NCBI GenBank assembly: GCA_963815195.1
Contig: CAWFGE010000013.1
Span: forward strand, 704,001 to 768,000
Length of the DNA: 64,000 nucleotides
Direction: 5' to 3'
Source of the DNA: an uncultured Planctomycetaceae bacterium
Lineage (GTDB): Bacteria > Planctomycetota > Planctomycetia > Planctomycetales > Planctomycetaceae
The notes under the pieces are model-generated. The model saw only the letters and a program-made list of their open reading frames with translations, had not been told where the DNA came from and searched no databases. How positions within the stretch are numbered: position 1 is the first letter of the stretch; the number at the start of each line of letters is the position of its first letter. Both the position numbers and the translations under genes were made by a program. Shown here piece by piece: positions 52,062 through 62,312 of the stretch.

Positions 52062-53261
52062 TTATGGGATCGGGCCTTCGATGGCGGGGCCGATGCGGAG
52101 GTTTTTGAAGCTCACCCCGCCGCCGTGGTTTTGCAGGCCCAGGTAGCCTTTGGTGCTGCGGAGTTCGATCAGCGGATTTTTGTCCGGCGTCACGCGGACG
52201 ATCACCTGCCCGTTGTGGACCGTGGTGACGTTCCGGCCGGCGCAGTTGATTTCCAGCGTGTTCCACTCGCCCGGGGCTTTGGAGACTTTGGGGTCGGCCC
52301 CGGCGATGTCATACACGGAGCCTGAGAACTGGTACGGTTTGAGCTTCGCGTATTTCTTCGCGGAGTCGTCCAGGATCTGCACTTCGAAGCCGGCGGGCGG
52401 CTGGGTTTTACTGTCGCGGTGATGATTTCCATTTTCGGGCACGCGGACGTACACCCCGCTGTTGGCCCCCGCTTCCACGCGGTATTGGAGGCGGAGATTA
52501 AAGTCGCCGTATTCCTTTCGGCTCCTGAGCCACGGGCCCTTCGAGCGCAGCCCGTTGAGCACGCCGTCTTCAACCTGCCAGCAGGCTTCCGCCGGCTGCC
52601 CGGCTCCTTCCCAATGCGTGAGCATGTCATCTTCCAACAGCGAGGAATGGTCGAGTTCGGTGATCTTCAGGTTCCGCAGCAGAAACTGCCCGCCGAGCGG
52701 GACTTCGACTTGAATCCCCACGTACCCGCGCGGGATTTCGAGGCCCTCGGTTTGATACGCCTGCTTGCCGTTGATTTCCAATGTGACCTGCTCGCCCTGG
52801 GCGGTGATGTCGAATGTGTTCCAGTCGCCGGGCTTGATCATCCCGCTGACCTTGCCGGCTTTGTTGCCGATGAGCGTGCCCTCTTGCCCTTGTTTCAGGT
52901 TGATCTGATAGGCCCGCTTCGGGAAGGGTTTTCCGTCCCGCCCGGCCCGCAGGTAGATCCCGGCGTCGTACTGGTCGGCCTTCAAGGCTTTCCACTCGAC
53001 GTGCAGTTTGAAGTCGCTGTAGGTGTGATCGCTGCGGAGCCAGCCGTCGCCGGCTTTCAAAAGCAACATCCCATCCTGCACCTCGACCTGGGCTTCGTTC
53101 TCCGCCGTCCAGCCGGCGAGGGTTTTGCCGTCGAACACCGGCATCTCAAAGCCGGCGTCCGCAAAGACAGACGCCTGCGAGAACACGGCCAAAACAGCGA
53201 CCAGCACGACTCGGAGCCAAAGGAAAGTCTTCACGCGAAACCTCATAGCGGTGGGATTCAA
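52062..53261 (-). CDS. Tandem DUF1080 (3-keto-disaccharide hydrolase-like) secreted protein
   Basis: Signal peptide; FDGKTLAGW, YSDFKLHVEW, GDWNTFDI, GYVGIQ; second copy YGDFNL, NSGVYVR, EVQILDD, GEWNTLEI, GYLGLQNHG. Confidence 0.92.
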   Translation of the reverse strand: MNPTAMRFRVKTFLWLRVVLVAVLAVFSQASVFADAGFEMPVFDGKTLAGWTAENEAQVEVQDGMLLLKAGDGWLRSDHTYSDFKLHVEWKALKADQYDAGIYLRAGRDGKPFPKRAYQINLKQGQEGTLIGNKAGKVSGMIKPGDWNTFDITAQGEQVTLEINGKQAYQTEGLEIPRGYVGIQVEVPLGGQFLLRNLKITELDHSSLLEDDMLTHWEGAGQPAEACWQVEDGVLNGLRSKGPWLRSRKEYGDFNLRLQYRVEAGANSGVYVRVPENGNHHRDSKTQPPAGFEVQILDDSAKKYAKLKPYQFSGSVYDIAGADPKVSKAPGEWNTLEINCAGRNVTTVHNGQVIVRVTPDKNPLIELRSTKGYLGLQNHGGGVSFKNLRIGPAIEGPIP

Positions 53262-53348
53262 TGGGGAACATCAACTCCCAGCCAGCATACCCGGACACGC
53301 CGCCCGCGAAAAGCAATCCGCCCGAAAGCGAACCAGGTGCGATACCGA

Positions 53349-53427
53349 GGGTGGCACGTCCCTGAGCGCAGCGAAGGGCGTGGCGATCACCGAGATCACG
53401 CCCTTCGTTCCTCAGGGCGTGCCACCC
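53349..53427. repeat. REP-like inverted doublet, family C
   Basis: GGGTGGCACGTCCCTGAGCGCAGCGAAGGGCGTG...CACGCCCTTCGTTCCTCAGGGCGTGCCACCC. Confidence 0.9.
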
Positions 53428-53537
53428 AATCCGCGGAGGACGAACGAGATTGTTCCCTGGCGCGAAGAGGGTTAAAGTGTTTGTGAGATCCATTATCAAG
53501 CAACACAGAATTCTCCAACCCGCCGGAACCTTCCGCC

Positions 53538-54491
53538 ATGCGACTTGCCACCGTGTTGACGCCGATGTCCGATGAAAACCTGCAACTCGCCGCCCAGTGC
53601 GGCGTGGAGGATGTCGTCACCCGCTATCCCGGCCCCGCGCTCGACGATCTGCTCCAGGTCAAACGGCGGATTGAAGATTTCGGGCTCAAGCTGCCGGTGA
53701 TCGAAGGCTATCTGCCGCTCGAAAACATCAAGATCGGCCGCGACGACGGCTGCGAACTCGAAGCCCTGAAAACCTTGGTTCGGCACATGGGCGAAGCCGA
53801 GGTTCCGATCCTGTGTTATAACTTCATGGCGGGCACCGATTGGGTGCGGACGCAGGTCGCGCTGCCTGAGCGCGGCGGGGCCAAGGTGACCGGGTTTCGT
53901 CTGAGCGAAGTGGAACAGGCCCTGCTGCTGACGCACGATGCCTCCGGTCCGATGCCGAAACCCTCGCACGCGGGCATCACCGAAGCCGAGCTATGGCGGA
54001 ATCTCGAATGGTTGCTCGCGGAACTCGTTCCGGTCGCGGAGAAAGCCGGCGTGGCGTTGGCGATGCACCCCGACGATCCGCCGCTGCCCGAACTGTTGGG
54101 CAATGCCCGGATTATGAATTCCGTCGAGAATTTCGAGCGGCTCGTGAAGCTTGTTCCCAGCCCGAATAACGGCATCTGTTTTTGCCAGGGCACGTTCGCG
54201 GCGATGGGGGCGGACATTCCCCAAGCCATCCGCCGCCTGGGGCCGCACATTCGCTATGTGCATTTTCGCGATGTCCGCGGCAGGCGGGATTCCTTTGTGG
54301 AGACGTTCCACGACAACGGCCCCACGGACATGGTCGCCGCCATGAAGGCTTACCGCGATGTCGGCTTCGACGGCCCGATCCGCCCCGACCATGTTCCGCA
54401 ACTCGCGGGCGAAGACGACGGCGAGCCCGGCTACACCATGCTCGGCCGGTTGTTTGCCTACGGCTATATCCGCGCCTTGATGCAGATGTGA
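53538..54491 (+). CDS. uxuA: Mannonate dehydratase
   Basis: LCYNFM...DWVRT, LWRNL.W.L, MHPDDPP, NGICFCQG, VHFRDV, FHDNG, IRPDH.P, GRLFAYGYI. Confidence 0.95.
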   Translation: MRLATVLTPMSDENLQLAAQCGVEDVVTRYPGPALDDLLQVKRRIEDFGLKLPVIEGYLPLENIKIGRDDGCELEALKTLVRHMGEAEVPILCYNFMAGTDWVRTQVALPERGGAKVTGFRLSEVEQALLLTHDASGPMPKPSHAGITEAELWRNLEWLLAELVPVAEKAGVALAMHPDDPPLPELLGNARIMNSVENFERLVKLVPSPNNGICFCQGTFAAMGADIPQAIRRLGPHIRYVHFRDVRGRRDSFVETFHDNGPTDMVAAMKAYRDVGFDGPIRPDHVPQLAGEDDGEPGYTMLGRLFAYGYIRALMQM

Positions 54492-54581
54492 ATTCCTGAA
54501 TCGTTCTATGGATTTCGCATCCGCCCGGATACGATAAACGGAGCCCGCATGCAGACAGCGGTCGACCAATAAGAAAACGAA

Positions 54582-54665
54582 TTGGGTGGCACGTCCCTGA
54601 GCGAAGCGAAGGGCGTGGCAACGCGCGACGACCACGCCCTTCGTTCCTCAGGGCGTGCCACCCAA
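54582..54665. repeat. REP-like inverted doublet, family C (followed by a family A fragment at 54680-54697)
   Basis: Arms essentially identical to 53349-53427 with a different central spacer. Confidence 0.9.
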
Positions 54666-54736
54666 CTTCCAACCGGATGCGTGCGCGGCTCTTCGTTATT
54701 CTTTGGATTGCGAATCGGACAACTCGCCCGGCAATT

Positions 54737-56662
54737 ATGGTTTGGATCTTTGCCACATCGCTTTTCCTGCAAATCGTCGCCGTGTTTCTGGCGGTGCGGC
54801 TGAACTGGGCGTATCGCCATCACCGGTCGTGGTGGCTGATTTCCGTGGCTTTGTTCCTGATGACGCTCCGCCGGGCCGCGAGTTTTTATCAGTTTCTCAT
54901 GTTCCCCGATTCGTCCCCGTCCAGTCTGCTTTCGGAGCTGGTCGCTTTGAATGTCTCCGTGTTAATGGTCGTCGCGTTATGGCTGCTCGATCCGCTGTTT
55001 CGGAGCGTTCGAGAAGCCGAGCGAATCTTGCTCCAACAGAAACAGGAACGGAGCCACGCCGGTCGAGAGCGGGAAGCGGAACTCGTCCAGCGCGATTTAA
55101 ACGCCATGTACCATTCGCTGGTCGAGACCTTGCCGTTGAGCATCATCCGCAAAGACCTCGAAGGCCGGTTTGTGTTCGTAAACTCCGCTGCCTGCAACAT
55201 GCTCGAAAGGAGCAAAGAAGACGTCTTGGGCAAAACGGACCAGGACTTGTTCGAGCCGGAACTGGCCAACAAATACCAACGCGACGATCGGCAAGTCATC
55301 GAGACCGGCGAATCGCTCGAGGATGTGGAGGAGTTTCGCGATCCCGGCGGAGAACTCCGATACGTGGAAATCCTCAAGACCCCTGTCTTCGATTCGCAGA
55401 ACACCATCGCCGGCACCCAGGTGATTTTCTGGGACGTCACCGAACGCCGGCGGGCCATCGAAGCCTTGGCTCGAAACGAATCTATCAAAACAGCCATGTT
55501 CGAGGCGGCGCTCGATTGCATCGTCACCATCGACGAGAACGATCGGATCTTGGAGTTCAATCCCGCTGCCGCGAAAGCCTTCGGCTACAACCGCACCGAA
55601 GCCGTGGGCCAGACGATGGCCGAGTTGCTTATTCCCGAACCCGCCCGCGAACGGCACCGGGCCAACCTCGCGAAGTACCTGGGCAGCGGCGTGGCGGGGT
55701 CGCTGATGCTGGGGCGACTGGCGGTGCCCATGCAGCGAAAAGACGGCACCCAGTTCACGGCCGAACTGGCGATGCAGCCGATTCCGTTGGACAACTCCAC
55801 CGGCTTTACGGTGTTTCTCCGCGACATCACCGAACGCCAACGGGCCGAGCAGGAACTGGCCCGGCAGCGGAAACTCATCGAAGAAACCAATGCCGAGCTC
55901 GAACAAGAAGTCCAGATCCGCCGGCGGGCCGAAGAAGAATCGGAAATGCGAAACCGCGATCTGAAGACGCTGCTCTACGTGATTTCGCACGACCTCCGCG
56001 AGCCCCTCCGCGCGGTGAGAAACTTCGCCAATCTGATCCAAGACCGCTACGCCGACAAACTGGACGAGAAAGGGCAGGATTTTCTTGGCCGCATCGTTCG
56101 CGGCGCGGAACGGCTCGACCATCAGTTGGAGGATGTGCTGATGCTCTCCCGTGCTCAGCGTCTGATCGATGCCCGCGACCAGGTTGCCTTGAAGGATGTG
56201 GTCGCGGACGTGTTGCATCAGTTGGACATGCGAATCCAGGAAACCCGCGCCCGCATTACTGTGGAGGAAGACCTGCCGGTCGTCACCGCGGATCGCACCT
56301 GGATCGTGCAGGCGGTTTTCAACCTGGTTTCGAACGCCCTCAAATTCACCCGCCCCGGGACGGCTCCCGATGTGAGCATTCGCGGGTTTTCCTCGAACGG
56401 CTCCACCGGGGCAGAGCGGGGGATCATCGTCGGCGACCGGGGACCGGGGATCGCCCCGGAGCATGCCGAGCGAATCTTCGACCTGTTTCAGCGGGCCGTC
56501 GGCCGCGAGATCGAAGGCACCGGGGCGGGTCTGGCGATCGTCCGCCGCATCGCCGAACGCCACGGCGGCCGGGCGTGGTGCCAACCTCGCGAAGGCGGCG
56601 GAACCGAATTCTGGCTCGGGTTCGGCGAACCTCCTCGGGCCGACATCGAGGATGTTGTTTGA
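54737..56662 (+). CDS. Membrane-bound PAS-PAS sensor histidine kinase
   Basis: Three N-terminal TM helices, two PAS/PAC domains, H-box ISHDLREPL, NLVSNALKF, DRGPGI, GTGAGLAI. Confidence 0.93.
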   Translation: MVWIFATSLFLQIVAVFLAVRLNWAYRHHRSWWLISVALFLMTLRRAASFYQFLMFPDSSPSSLLSELVALNVSVLMVVALWLLDPLFRSVREAERILLQQKQERSHAGREREAELVQRDLNAMYHSLVETLPLSIIRKDLEGRFVFVNSAACNMLERSKEDVLGKTDQDLFEPELANKYQRDDRQVIETGESLEDVEEFRDPGGELRYVEILKTPVFDSQNTIAGTQVIFWDVTERRRAIEALARNESIKTAMFEAALDCIVTIDENDRILEFNPAAAKAFGYNRTEAVGQTMAELLIPEPARERHRANLAKYLGSGVAGSLMLGRLAVPMQRKDGTQFTAELAMQPIPLDNSTGFTVFLRDITERQRAEQELARQRKLIEETNAELEQEVQIRRRAEEESEMRNRDLKTLLYVISHDLREPLRAVRNFANLIQDRYADKLDEKGQDFLGRIVRGAERLDHQLEDVLMLSRAQRLIDARDQVALKDVVADVLHQLDMRIQETRARITVEEDLPVVTADRTWIVQAVFNLVSNALKFTRPGTAPDVSIRGFSSNGSTGAERGIIVGDRGPGIAPEHAERIFDLFQRAVGREIEGTGAGLAIVRRIAERHGGRAWCQPREGGGTEFWLGFGEPPRADIEDVV

Positions 56663-56877
56663 AACCGATACCGCAAAAACAACCATTCCTTGGCGCTGAC
56701 CGTACCGGATCAGCGGGCGCAACTCTGCGAGTCTTCCTAAAGCAAATCCGAATCACGAAACAGGGCCGGGAGATCGTTTCGGATCATCGGGACCAGGAAC
56801 CCGCCCCCGTCTTGAGCGATGGATCCCAACAGCAAGCAATCGCCGCAACCTCCTTGGTTCGCAGCGTTTCCGTCAAG

Positions 56878-56948
56878 TTGCCCGACTAGGATTTGAACCT
56901 AGACTAAGTGATCCAGAGTCACTCGTGCTACCATTACACTATCGGGCA
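56878..56948 (-). tRNA. tRNA-Gln(CTG)
   Basis: Reverse strand TGCCCGATAGTGTAATGGTAGCACGAGTGA-CTCTGGA-TCACTTAGTCTAGGTTCAAATCCTAGTCGGGCAA; CCA not encoded. Confidence 0.96.
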
Positions 56949-57105
56949 TTTAAGGCTTGTTTTTAAGGGGTTTTGAGTTGGTTTGCATTTTTGGTGATGC
57001 TCAACTCTACTCCTGCCTACTCCACCGGGTTTTTCGTTTAGCGATTGGAAGGAAACCCGCCCAGTGGTTTTGAGCGGGTTTCAAGACACCCACAGGAGTG
57101 GATCC

Positions 57106-57426
57106 ATCTCGCATTCTACAAAAACCCCGCCTGCAAACAAGCCCGCCAAACCAAACCCATCCTTCCCAATGTTTGCTCACGCCTCCGGCCAATGGGCAAA
57201 AACAATCAAAGGCCGGCTGCATTATTTCGGTTCTTGGCGAATCGACCCCACCGGAGAATCTGCCCTTGAGACGTTCGAGCGGGAATGGCCGTATCTTCGC
57301 AAAGGCGAGACGTCACCGCCGGTTGATGTCGCGGACGGATGCACGGTCGAAACGCTGTGCAATCAGTTCATGGAATCGAAGGCCGCGGCGGTTGAGGATG
57401 GGGACCTTTCGCCTCCCCCTGTCTGA
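57106..57426 (+). pseudogene. N-terminal fragment of a planctomycete phage-type tyrosine integrase
   Basis: AGGAG RBS followed by ATC (probably a mutated ATG); KPAKPNPSFPMFAHASGQWAKTIKGRLHYFG...TVETLCNQFMESK...GDLSP, then truncated with no catalytic domain. Confidence 0.75.
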
Positions 57427-57529
57427 CAAATGGCACATAACGGGGGAGGACTCTAAACGGTAGATCTCTCAGGAAAATCCCAAAATGCTAGATTAGCTAG
57501 CACGAACACGTCGCCGCTGGCGGGTCGGC

Positions 57530-57955
57530 GCGAATTTCCCGGCCTGTTGTTAATTTGATCGCGAGGACGAACCGCTTTACCGGTCCGCTGAACCAGGCTC
57601 GCGGAACGCTTTCCCGGTTTTCGTCGTTCGCTTCCGGCGCAATGTCCACTTTGAGCACCGCGGCGTTTGCAGGCGGGACGGCCATCGGCGGATTGGGAAT
57701 CGCGGCGGTCAAGCTGGCTGCCGATGCCGAGCAAACACAGGTTGCGTTTTCAACCATGCTGCGGTCAGGGGCAAGTTCGCGGCTTCCACGCCATTCGGTG
57801 AAGCCGAAATCCTGGGAGCGGCAAAGGCATTGCTTGCGTTCGGATCCGACGCCAAGACCGTCGAAAGCGAACTCCGCCGGTTGGGGGACATTTCGAGCGG
57901 CGTAGGCGTGCCGATCGGTGATCTGGCGGAACTCTATGGCAAGGCTCGCGGCAGT
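57530..57955 (+). pseudogene. Phage tail tape-measure protein N-terminal fragment
   Basis: NLIARTNRF...AVKLAADAEQTQVAFSTML, then in a shifted frame KFAASTPF...GAAKALLAFG...LRRLGDISSG...DLAELYGKAR. Confidence 0.8.
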
Positions 57956-58015
57956 TGTAAAAGACAACGACAGGGGCGAGGCGATCGCGTCTTTATTTCA
58001 TGATTGTGCTGCGAG

Positions 58016-58024
58016 TGCTACAAT
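58016..58024 (+). promoter_or_regulatory. Putative extended -10 promoter for hemE-hemY
   Basis: TGCTACAAT (TGn-TACAAT) about 55 bp before the hemE ATG. Confidence 0.35.
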
Positions 58025-58077
58025 CCCACCCGACATTCCCATTGGCTTGAGACTCATATGAAGACGAGCATCCATCC

Positions 58078-59112
58078 ATGACGCCGGAACTCGAAAACAG
58101 CCGCTTTATGCGGGCCGCCCGCTGTGAAGCGACGGACACGACGCCCGTTTGGATCATGCGGCAGGCGGGGCGGTATTTGCCCGAGTACCGGGCCGTGCGG
58201 CAGGGGCTGGATTTTTTGGAGTTCTGCAAACGCCCGGATCTGGCGGCTCAGGTCACGCTCGATGCCCAACGCATCTTGGGCGTGGACGCGGCGATTTTGT
58301 TTGCGGACCTCCCCACGATTCTGGAACCGATGGGATTCGGGTTGGAATACCTCCCCGGTCCGACGATTGATAACCCGGTCCGCGAGGCGAGCGATGTGGA
58401 CCGCGTTCGCGAAGTGGAAGATGTGGAATCGATGCACTTCGTGTTCGAGACGGTGAAACTCGTCCGCCACGATTTGCCCGGCGATATTCCGCTCTTGGGG
58501 TTCGCCGGGGCGCCGTTTACCTTGGCGTCTTATGCGATTGAAGGCGGCGGCTCGAAAAACTACGTCCACACCAAATCCTTGATGTACAACGCCCCCACGG
58601 CCTGGCGGGAACTGATGGAGCGGATGGTTCGCAGCTTGTCGCGGTATCTGATCGCCCAGATCGAAGCCGGCTGTCAGGCGGTGCAGATTTTCGACAGTTG
58701 GGCCGGCTGCCTGTCGCCCGCGGACTATCGCGATTATGTCATGCCGCACACAAAGTCCCTGATCGAGTCGTTGCCCGCGGACGTGCCGGTGATCAATTTT
58801 CTCACCGGGAACCCGGCTCTCATTCCTTTCCAAAACGAGGCGGGCGGGCAGATCGTCGGCATGGATTGGCGGGTCGATCTGAAACAGGGCTGGGCAACCG
58901 TGGGCTACGACAAGGCGGTGCAGGGCAATCTCGATCCGGTGTCGCTGTACGCGGATTTGCCGATCCTGAAACAGCGCGTCGAGGCCGTGCTCGCTGCCGC
59001 GGAACGCCGACCCGGGCACATCTTCAACCTGGGCCACGGCGTCATGCCCGACATGAACCCCGACCACGTCAAAGCCTTGGTCAAGCTGGTCCACGAGTTG
59101 AGCGCGAGATAG
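58078..59112 (+). CDS. hemE: Uroporphyrinogen decarboxylase
   Basis: [54 protein letters not shown]. Confidence 0.97.
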   Translation: MTPELENSRFMRAARCEATDTTPVWIMRQAGRYLPEYRAVRQGLDFLEFCKRPDLAAQVTLDAQRILGVDAAILFADLPTILEPMGFGLEYLPGPTIDNPVREASDVDRVREVEDVESMHFVFETVKLVRHDLPGDIPLLGFAGAPFTLASYAIEGGGSKNYVHTKSLMYNAPTAWRELMERMVRSLSRYLIAQIEAGCQAVQIFDSWAGCLSPADYRDYVMPHTKSLIESLPADVPVINFLTGNPALIPFQNEAGGQIVGMDWRVDLKQGWATVGYDKAVQGNLDPVSLYADLPILKQRVEAVLAAAERRPGHIFNLGHGVMPDMNPDHVKALVKLVHELSAR

Positions 59113-59199
59113 TTTCAAGTTTCATTAGCCGCAGGGCGCTAGCCCCGGTTCAATGGGAGAGTTTTTCCAAAACCGAATATCGATGGCGGAGAATTCACA

Positions 59200-60672
59200 C
59201 TGAAGAATGAACCTCCAAAACGTGTCGCGGTCGTGGGCGGCGGTTTGAGCGGACTGGCCGCGGCGCAAGGGCTTTTGGAACTATCCCAATCGCGAAACTT
59301 AGCGATCGAAGTTTCCGTCTTCGAAGCCTCGTCGCGCATCGGCGGCGTGATGGGCACGAAGCGCATCGGCGAATATCTCGTGGAGACGGGGGCGGATTCC
59401 TTCATCACCAACAAACCCTGGGCGGTCGAACTCTGCCGGCGGCTGGGCCTCGAAGACCGGCTGATCCCCACCGAGGAAAAATACCGGGGGGCGCTCGTGC
59501 TGCGAAACGGCAAGCCCGTCCCGGTGCCCGACGGGTTTCAGTTGCTCGCGCCTGCGAAGATCTGGCCCGTGTTGACGTCGCCGATTTTTTCCCTCGCGGG
59601 CAAGCTGCGGATGGGCTGGGAATACTTTGTGCCGCGCCGCAAAGAAGCCGGCGACGAAAGCCTGGCCGATTTCGTCCGCCGGCGTTTCGGCCGCGAAGCG
59701 CTCGAGCGCTTGGTGCAGCCGTTAGTCGGCGGGATTTATACGTCGGACCCGGAAAAACTCAGCCTCGAAGCCACGATGCCGCGGTTCCTCGAAATGGAAC
59801 GCGAATACCGCAGCCTGATTCGAGCCACGCGAAAGCAGCACCGCCGCCCGAGCGACCGCGAAACCGCCGCCGAGCAGAACGCCACGGGTGCCCGCTTTGG
59901 ACTGTTCGCCGCTCCGAAAGGCGGGATTTCGGAACTGTTGGAGGCCCTGTTCGATCGCGTCCGCCAAGCCGCGGACGTTCGGTTCGATTATCCCGTCCAA
60001 CAGATCCAGCCGGAACCCCAGGGCGGTTGGCGATTGCAGTTTGCCGACGGGATCGAGCAAACCTTCGATGCCGTCGTGCTTGCGGCTCCCGCTTATCGAG
60101 CGGCGGAACTCTTGAAGGAATTCGATTTCGATCTTGCTCATTGGCTGGAAGAGATCGAATATGCTTCGACGGCCATCGTCGTCAGCGGTCACAAGCTGTC
60201 CGACATCGCGCATCCGCTGGAAGCGTTCGGGCTGGTGATTCCGGCGATCGAGCATCGGCGGATCTTGGCGGTGTCCTTCACCAGCCGAAAGTTCTCCGGC
60301 CGGGCTCCCGCGGGCTGCGTGCAGCTGCGAACCTTCGTCGGCGGGGCCATGCAGCCGGAAGAATTGGAGCGGAGCGACGAGGATATTGTGCAACTCGTTC
60401 GCGAAGAATTGGCGGAGCTTCTGGGCGTGCGCGGGGTGCCGGACTTTGTGGAAATCGCCCGCTGGAACCGCGCGATGCCGCAATATCACCTGGGACACGT
60501 GGAACGAGTCCGGCAGATCGAAAACCGGCTCGAACATCACCCCGGCCTGGCCTTGGCGGGCAACGCCTACCACGGCGTGGGCATTCCCGACTGCATCCAC
60601 AGCGGCGAACAAGCCGCCCAAGCCGTCGTGGAGCATCTCGCCCCACAAGCCGCCGCCAAGACCCGGCAATAA
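59200..60672 (+). CDS. hemY: Protoporphyrinogen/coproporphyrinogen oxidase (HemY type); start codon uncertain
   Basis: KRVAVVGGGLSGLAAA FAD motif, ETGADSF, PLVGGIY, AMPQY..GH, GVGIPDCI; follows hemE. Confidence 0.93.
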   Translation: MKNEPPKRVAVVGGGLSGLAAAQGLLELSQSRNLAIEVSVFEASSRIGGVMGTKRIGEYLVETGADSFITNKPWAVELCRRLGLEDRLIPTEEKYRGALVLRNGKPVPVPDGFQLLAPAKIWPVLTSPIFSLAGKLRMGWEYFVPRRKEAGDESLADFVRRRFGREALERLVQPLVGGIYTSDPEKLSLEATMPRFLEMEREYRSLIRATRKQHRRPSDRETAAEQNATGARFGLFAAPKGGISELLEALFDRVRQAADVRFDYPVQQIQPEPQGGWRLQFADGIEQTFDAVVLAAPAYRAAELLKEFDFDLAHWLEEIEYASTAIVVSGHKLSDIAHPLEAFGLVIPAIEHRRILAVSFTSRKFSGRAPAGCVQLRTFVGGAMQPEELERSDEDIVQLVREELAELLGVRGVPDFVEIARWNRAMPQYHLGHVERVRQIENRLEHHPGLALAGNAYHGVGIPDCIHSGEQAAQAVVEHLAPQAAAKTRQ

Positions 60673-60721
60673 TTCCAACCCGGAGATCGTCGAGAAACTC
60701 GGAGTTGGGTCGCTGTTCGAG

Positions 60722-60940
60722 TTATTGCGAGCGTTTTTTCATCATTTCCCGGTATCGCCTCTGCTGCTCGGGTGGCATGTGTTTCAGGCTTTCCTCCATT
60801 CCGCGCTTTTGGGCGGCTTTTTCCTCGTCGGTCATTTCGTGTGTGGTTTTTGCGGGACCAATTTCTTCCACCCCCGCGCCGCAGCCGCCCGCGAAAGCCA
60901 GCAGCATTACAAGACCAATCCGCAAAACGTGCTTTCTCAC
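60722..60940 (-). CDS. Small lipoprotein
   Basis: AGGAG RBS, signal peptide with lipobox-like FAGGC, charged helical tail. Confidence 0.7.
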   Translation of the reverse strand: MRKHVLRIGLVMLLAFAGGCGAGVEEIGPAKTTHEMTDEEKAAQKRGMEESLKHMPPEQQRRYREMMKKRSQ

Positions 60941-60993
60941 GACAGGTTCTCCTCGAAAATCGGTTCAACAACGGCCCTCGATCACACGCTGAT

Positions 60994-62312
60994 TTAAGGC
61001 GTCAAGAATCTGGGGGGGACATCTCGGTTGTTCCGCACACCGGCGCTCGAACTCTTGAAAAATGCAATGTATTCTTCCCACGCTTTGACCTCGCGGCTCC
61101 GCCTTAACGTTCGGTAAAACTCGACGATCTCTTGGAGACGAGCGGGACGGCTCAGGTCCGCCAGGACTTCCCGGAGGTGTTTGTGATTCTCCGGTGCCAT
61201 CCGTTCCTCCACCTCGCGGGCATGGCTGCGAACGCCGGCCGCCTCGTCGTTTCGCCCCAGCCGTTTAAGACACTGGCTCTTGCGGTTCAACAGCGGCCAA
61301 TCGATTTTTCCCGGGGAGGCGGCGAGGGCTTGATCGTAATGCGCGAACGCGGCCTCGTCCTGTTTTAAGACTTCCTCCAACACAATGCCCCGCCAACGCC
61401 AATACCAAAACCCCGCGCGGGGAGCCGGCCAGCGCGAGACGAGTTCTTCCGCCTCGCGGAACCGGCCCAGGTCCATAAGAACCTTGACATTGACCGCCAG
61501 GAAAAACGGATCGCGTCTGGCCTTTTCCAAGCGGGGAGTCTGCTGAATGAGGAAGTCCGCTTGTTTCGGATCTCCATGCGAATGAAACCAATCGGCGAGG
61601 GCCGCGTGCGTGATTGCCGCGTCCCGTTCGGCTTCGCGAAAGGCGATCAACCGCCGGTAAACGACATCGTCCCCCGGAAAAGTCTCGGGGGCCTGAAAGC
61701 CCATCCGGAGGTCAAAGGGCGCGTTGAGCGTGTCCGGATAAAACTCGCTGAGGTACCACTCGCGCAACCGCCCGCCCCGTTCGCGCTCGGGCGTCATCTC
61801 ATAAATCTTCCAAAACACGGGGCGCTCAACGCTTGCCGGCCCGTCATGTCGAGAACCCGCCAAAGAAGGAGAGAGGCTTCGAGATTCTCGGGGTCGGCCT
61901 GAGTCGCCTCCCGCAAAAGCAACTCCGCGCGGGCGGGCTGGCGCAAGATCAAAAGCGTCAGGCGGCCTTCCTGCAGTCGGGCGGTTGCGAAGTTCTCCGC
62001 CGTTTTGGGAATCTGCTTTAGCTGGAGGATTGCGGGAGCGACGGCATCCTTCATCGTCAACTGGTCATCGCGGACATAGGCTTCGGCGAGCAGGAGCCGG
62101 GCCTGGGCATTATCGGGGTGGAGCCAAAGATAGCGATCCAGTTGCCGGCGGGCCTCGTCCCAATGGTGCTGCCGGAGGGCCGACTTGGCAGCGCCGAACC
62201 CCCGCTGAGCCCGCACCAACACGAACGTGCCGATTCCCGCCGCGGCCAGCGCAACGAGAACCCCCAGCCATTTCACGATCTTTCGATAGGGACGGCGCGG
62301 AACATTCATCAT
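60994..62312 (-). CDS. Membrane-anchored TPR protein; frameshift ~61825
   Basis: ATGA overlap with the upstream gene; N-terminal TM helix; HPDNAQARLLLAEA, DPENLEA and YDQALA TPR-like helices. Confidence 0.8.

Noticed and set aside
54655..56889. 744-aa ORF overlapping the histidine kinase on the same strand
   Set aside because: It is an Arg/Gly/Pro-rich alternative frame of the kinase gene with no domain signal.
58010..58035. Displaced tRNA-Gln fragment (att site) closing the prophage relic
   Set aside because: Only GTGCTAC (7 bp) matches the tRNA, and it is better explained as an extended -10 element for hemE.
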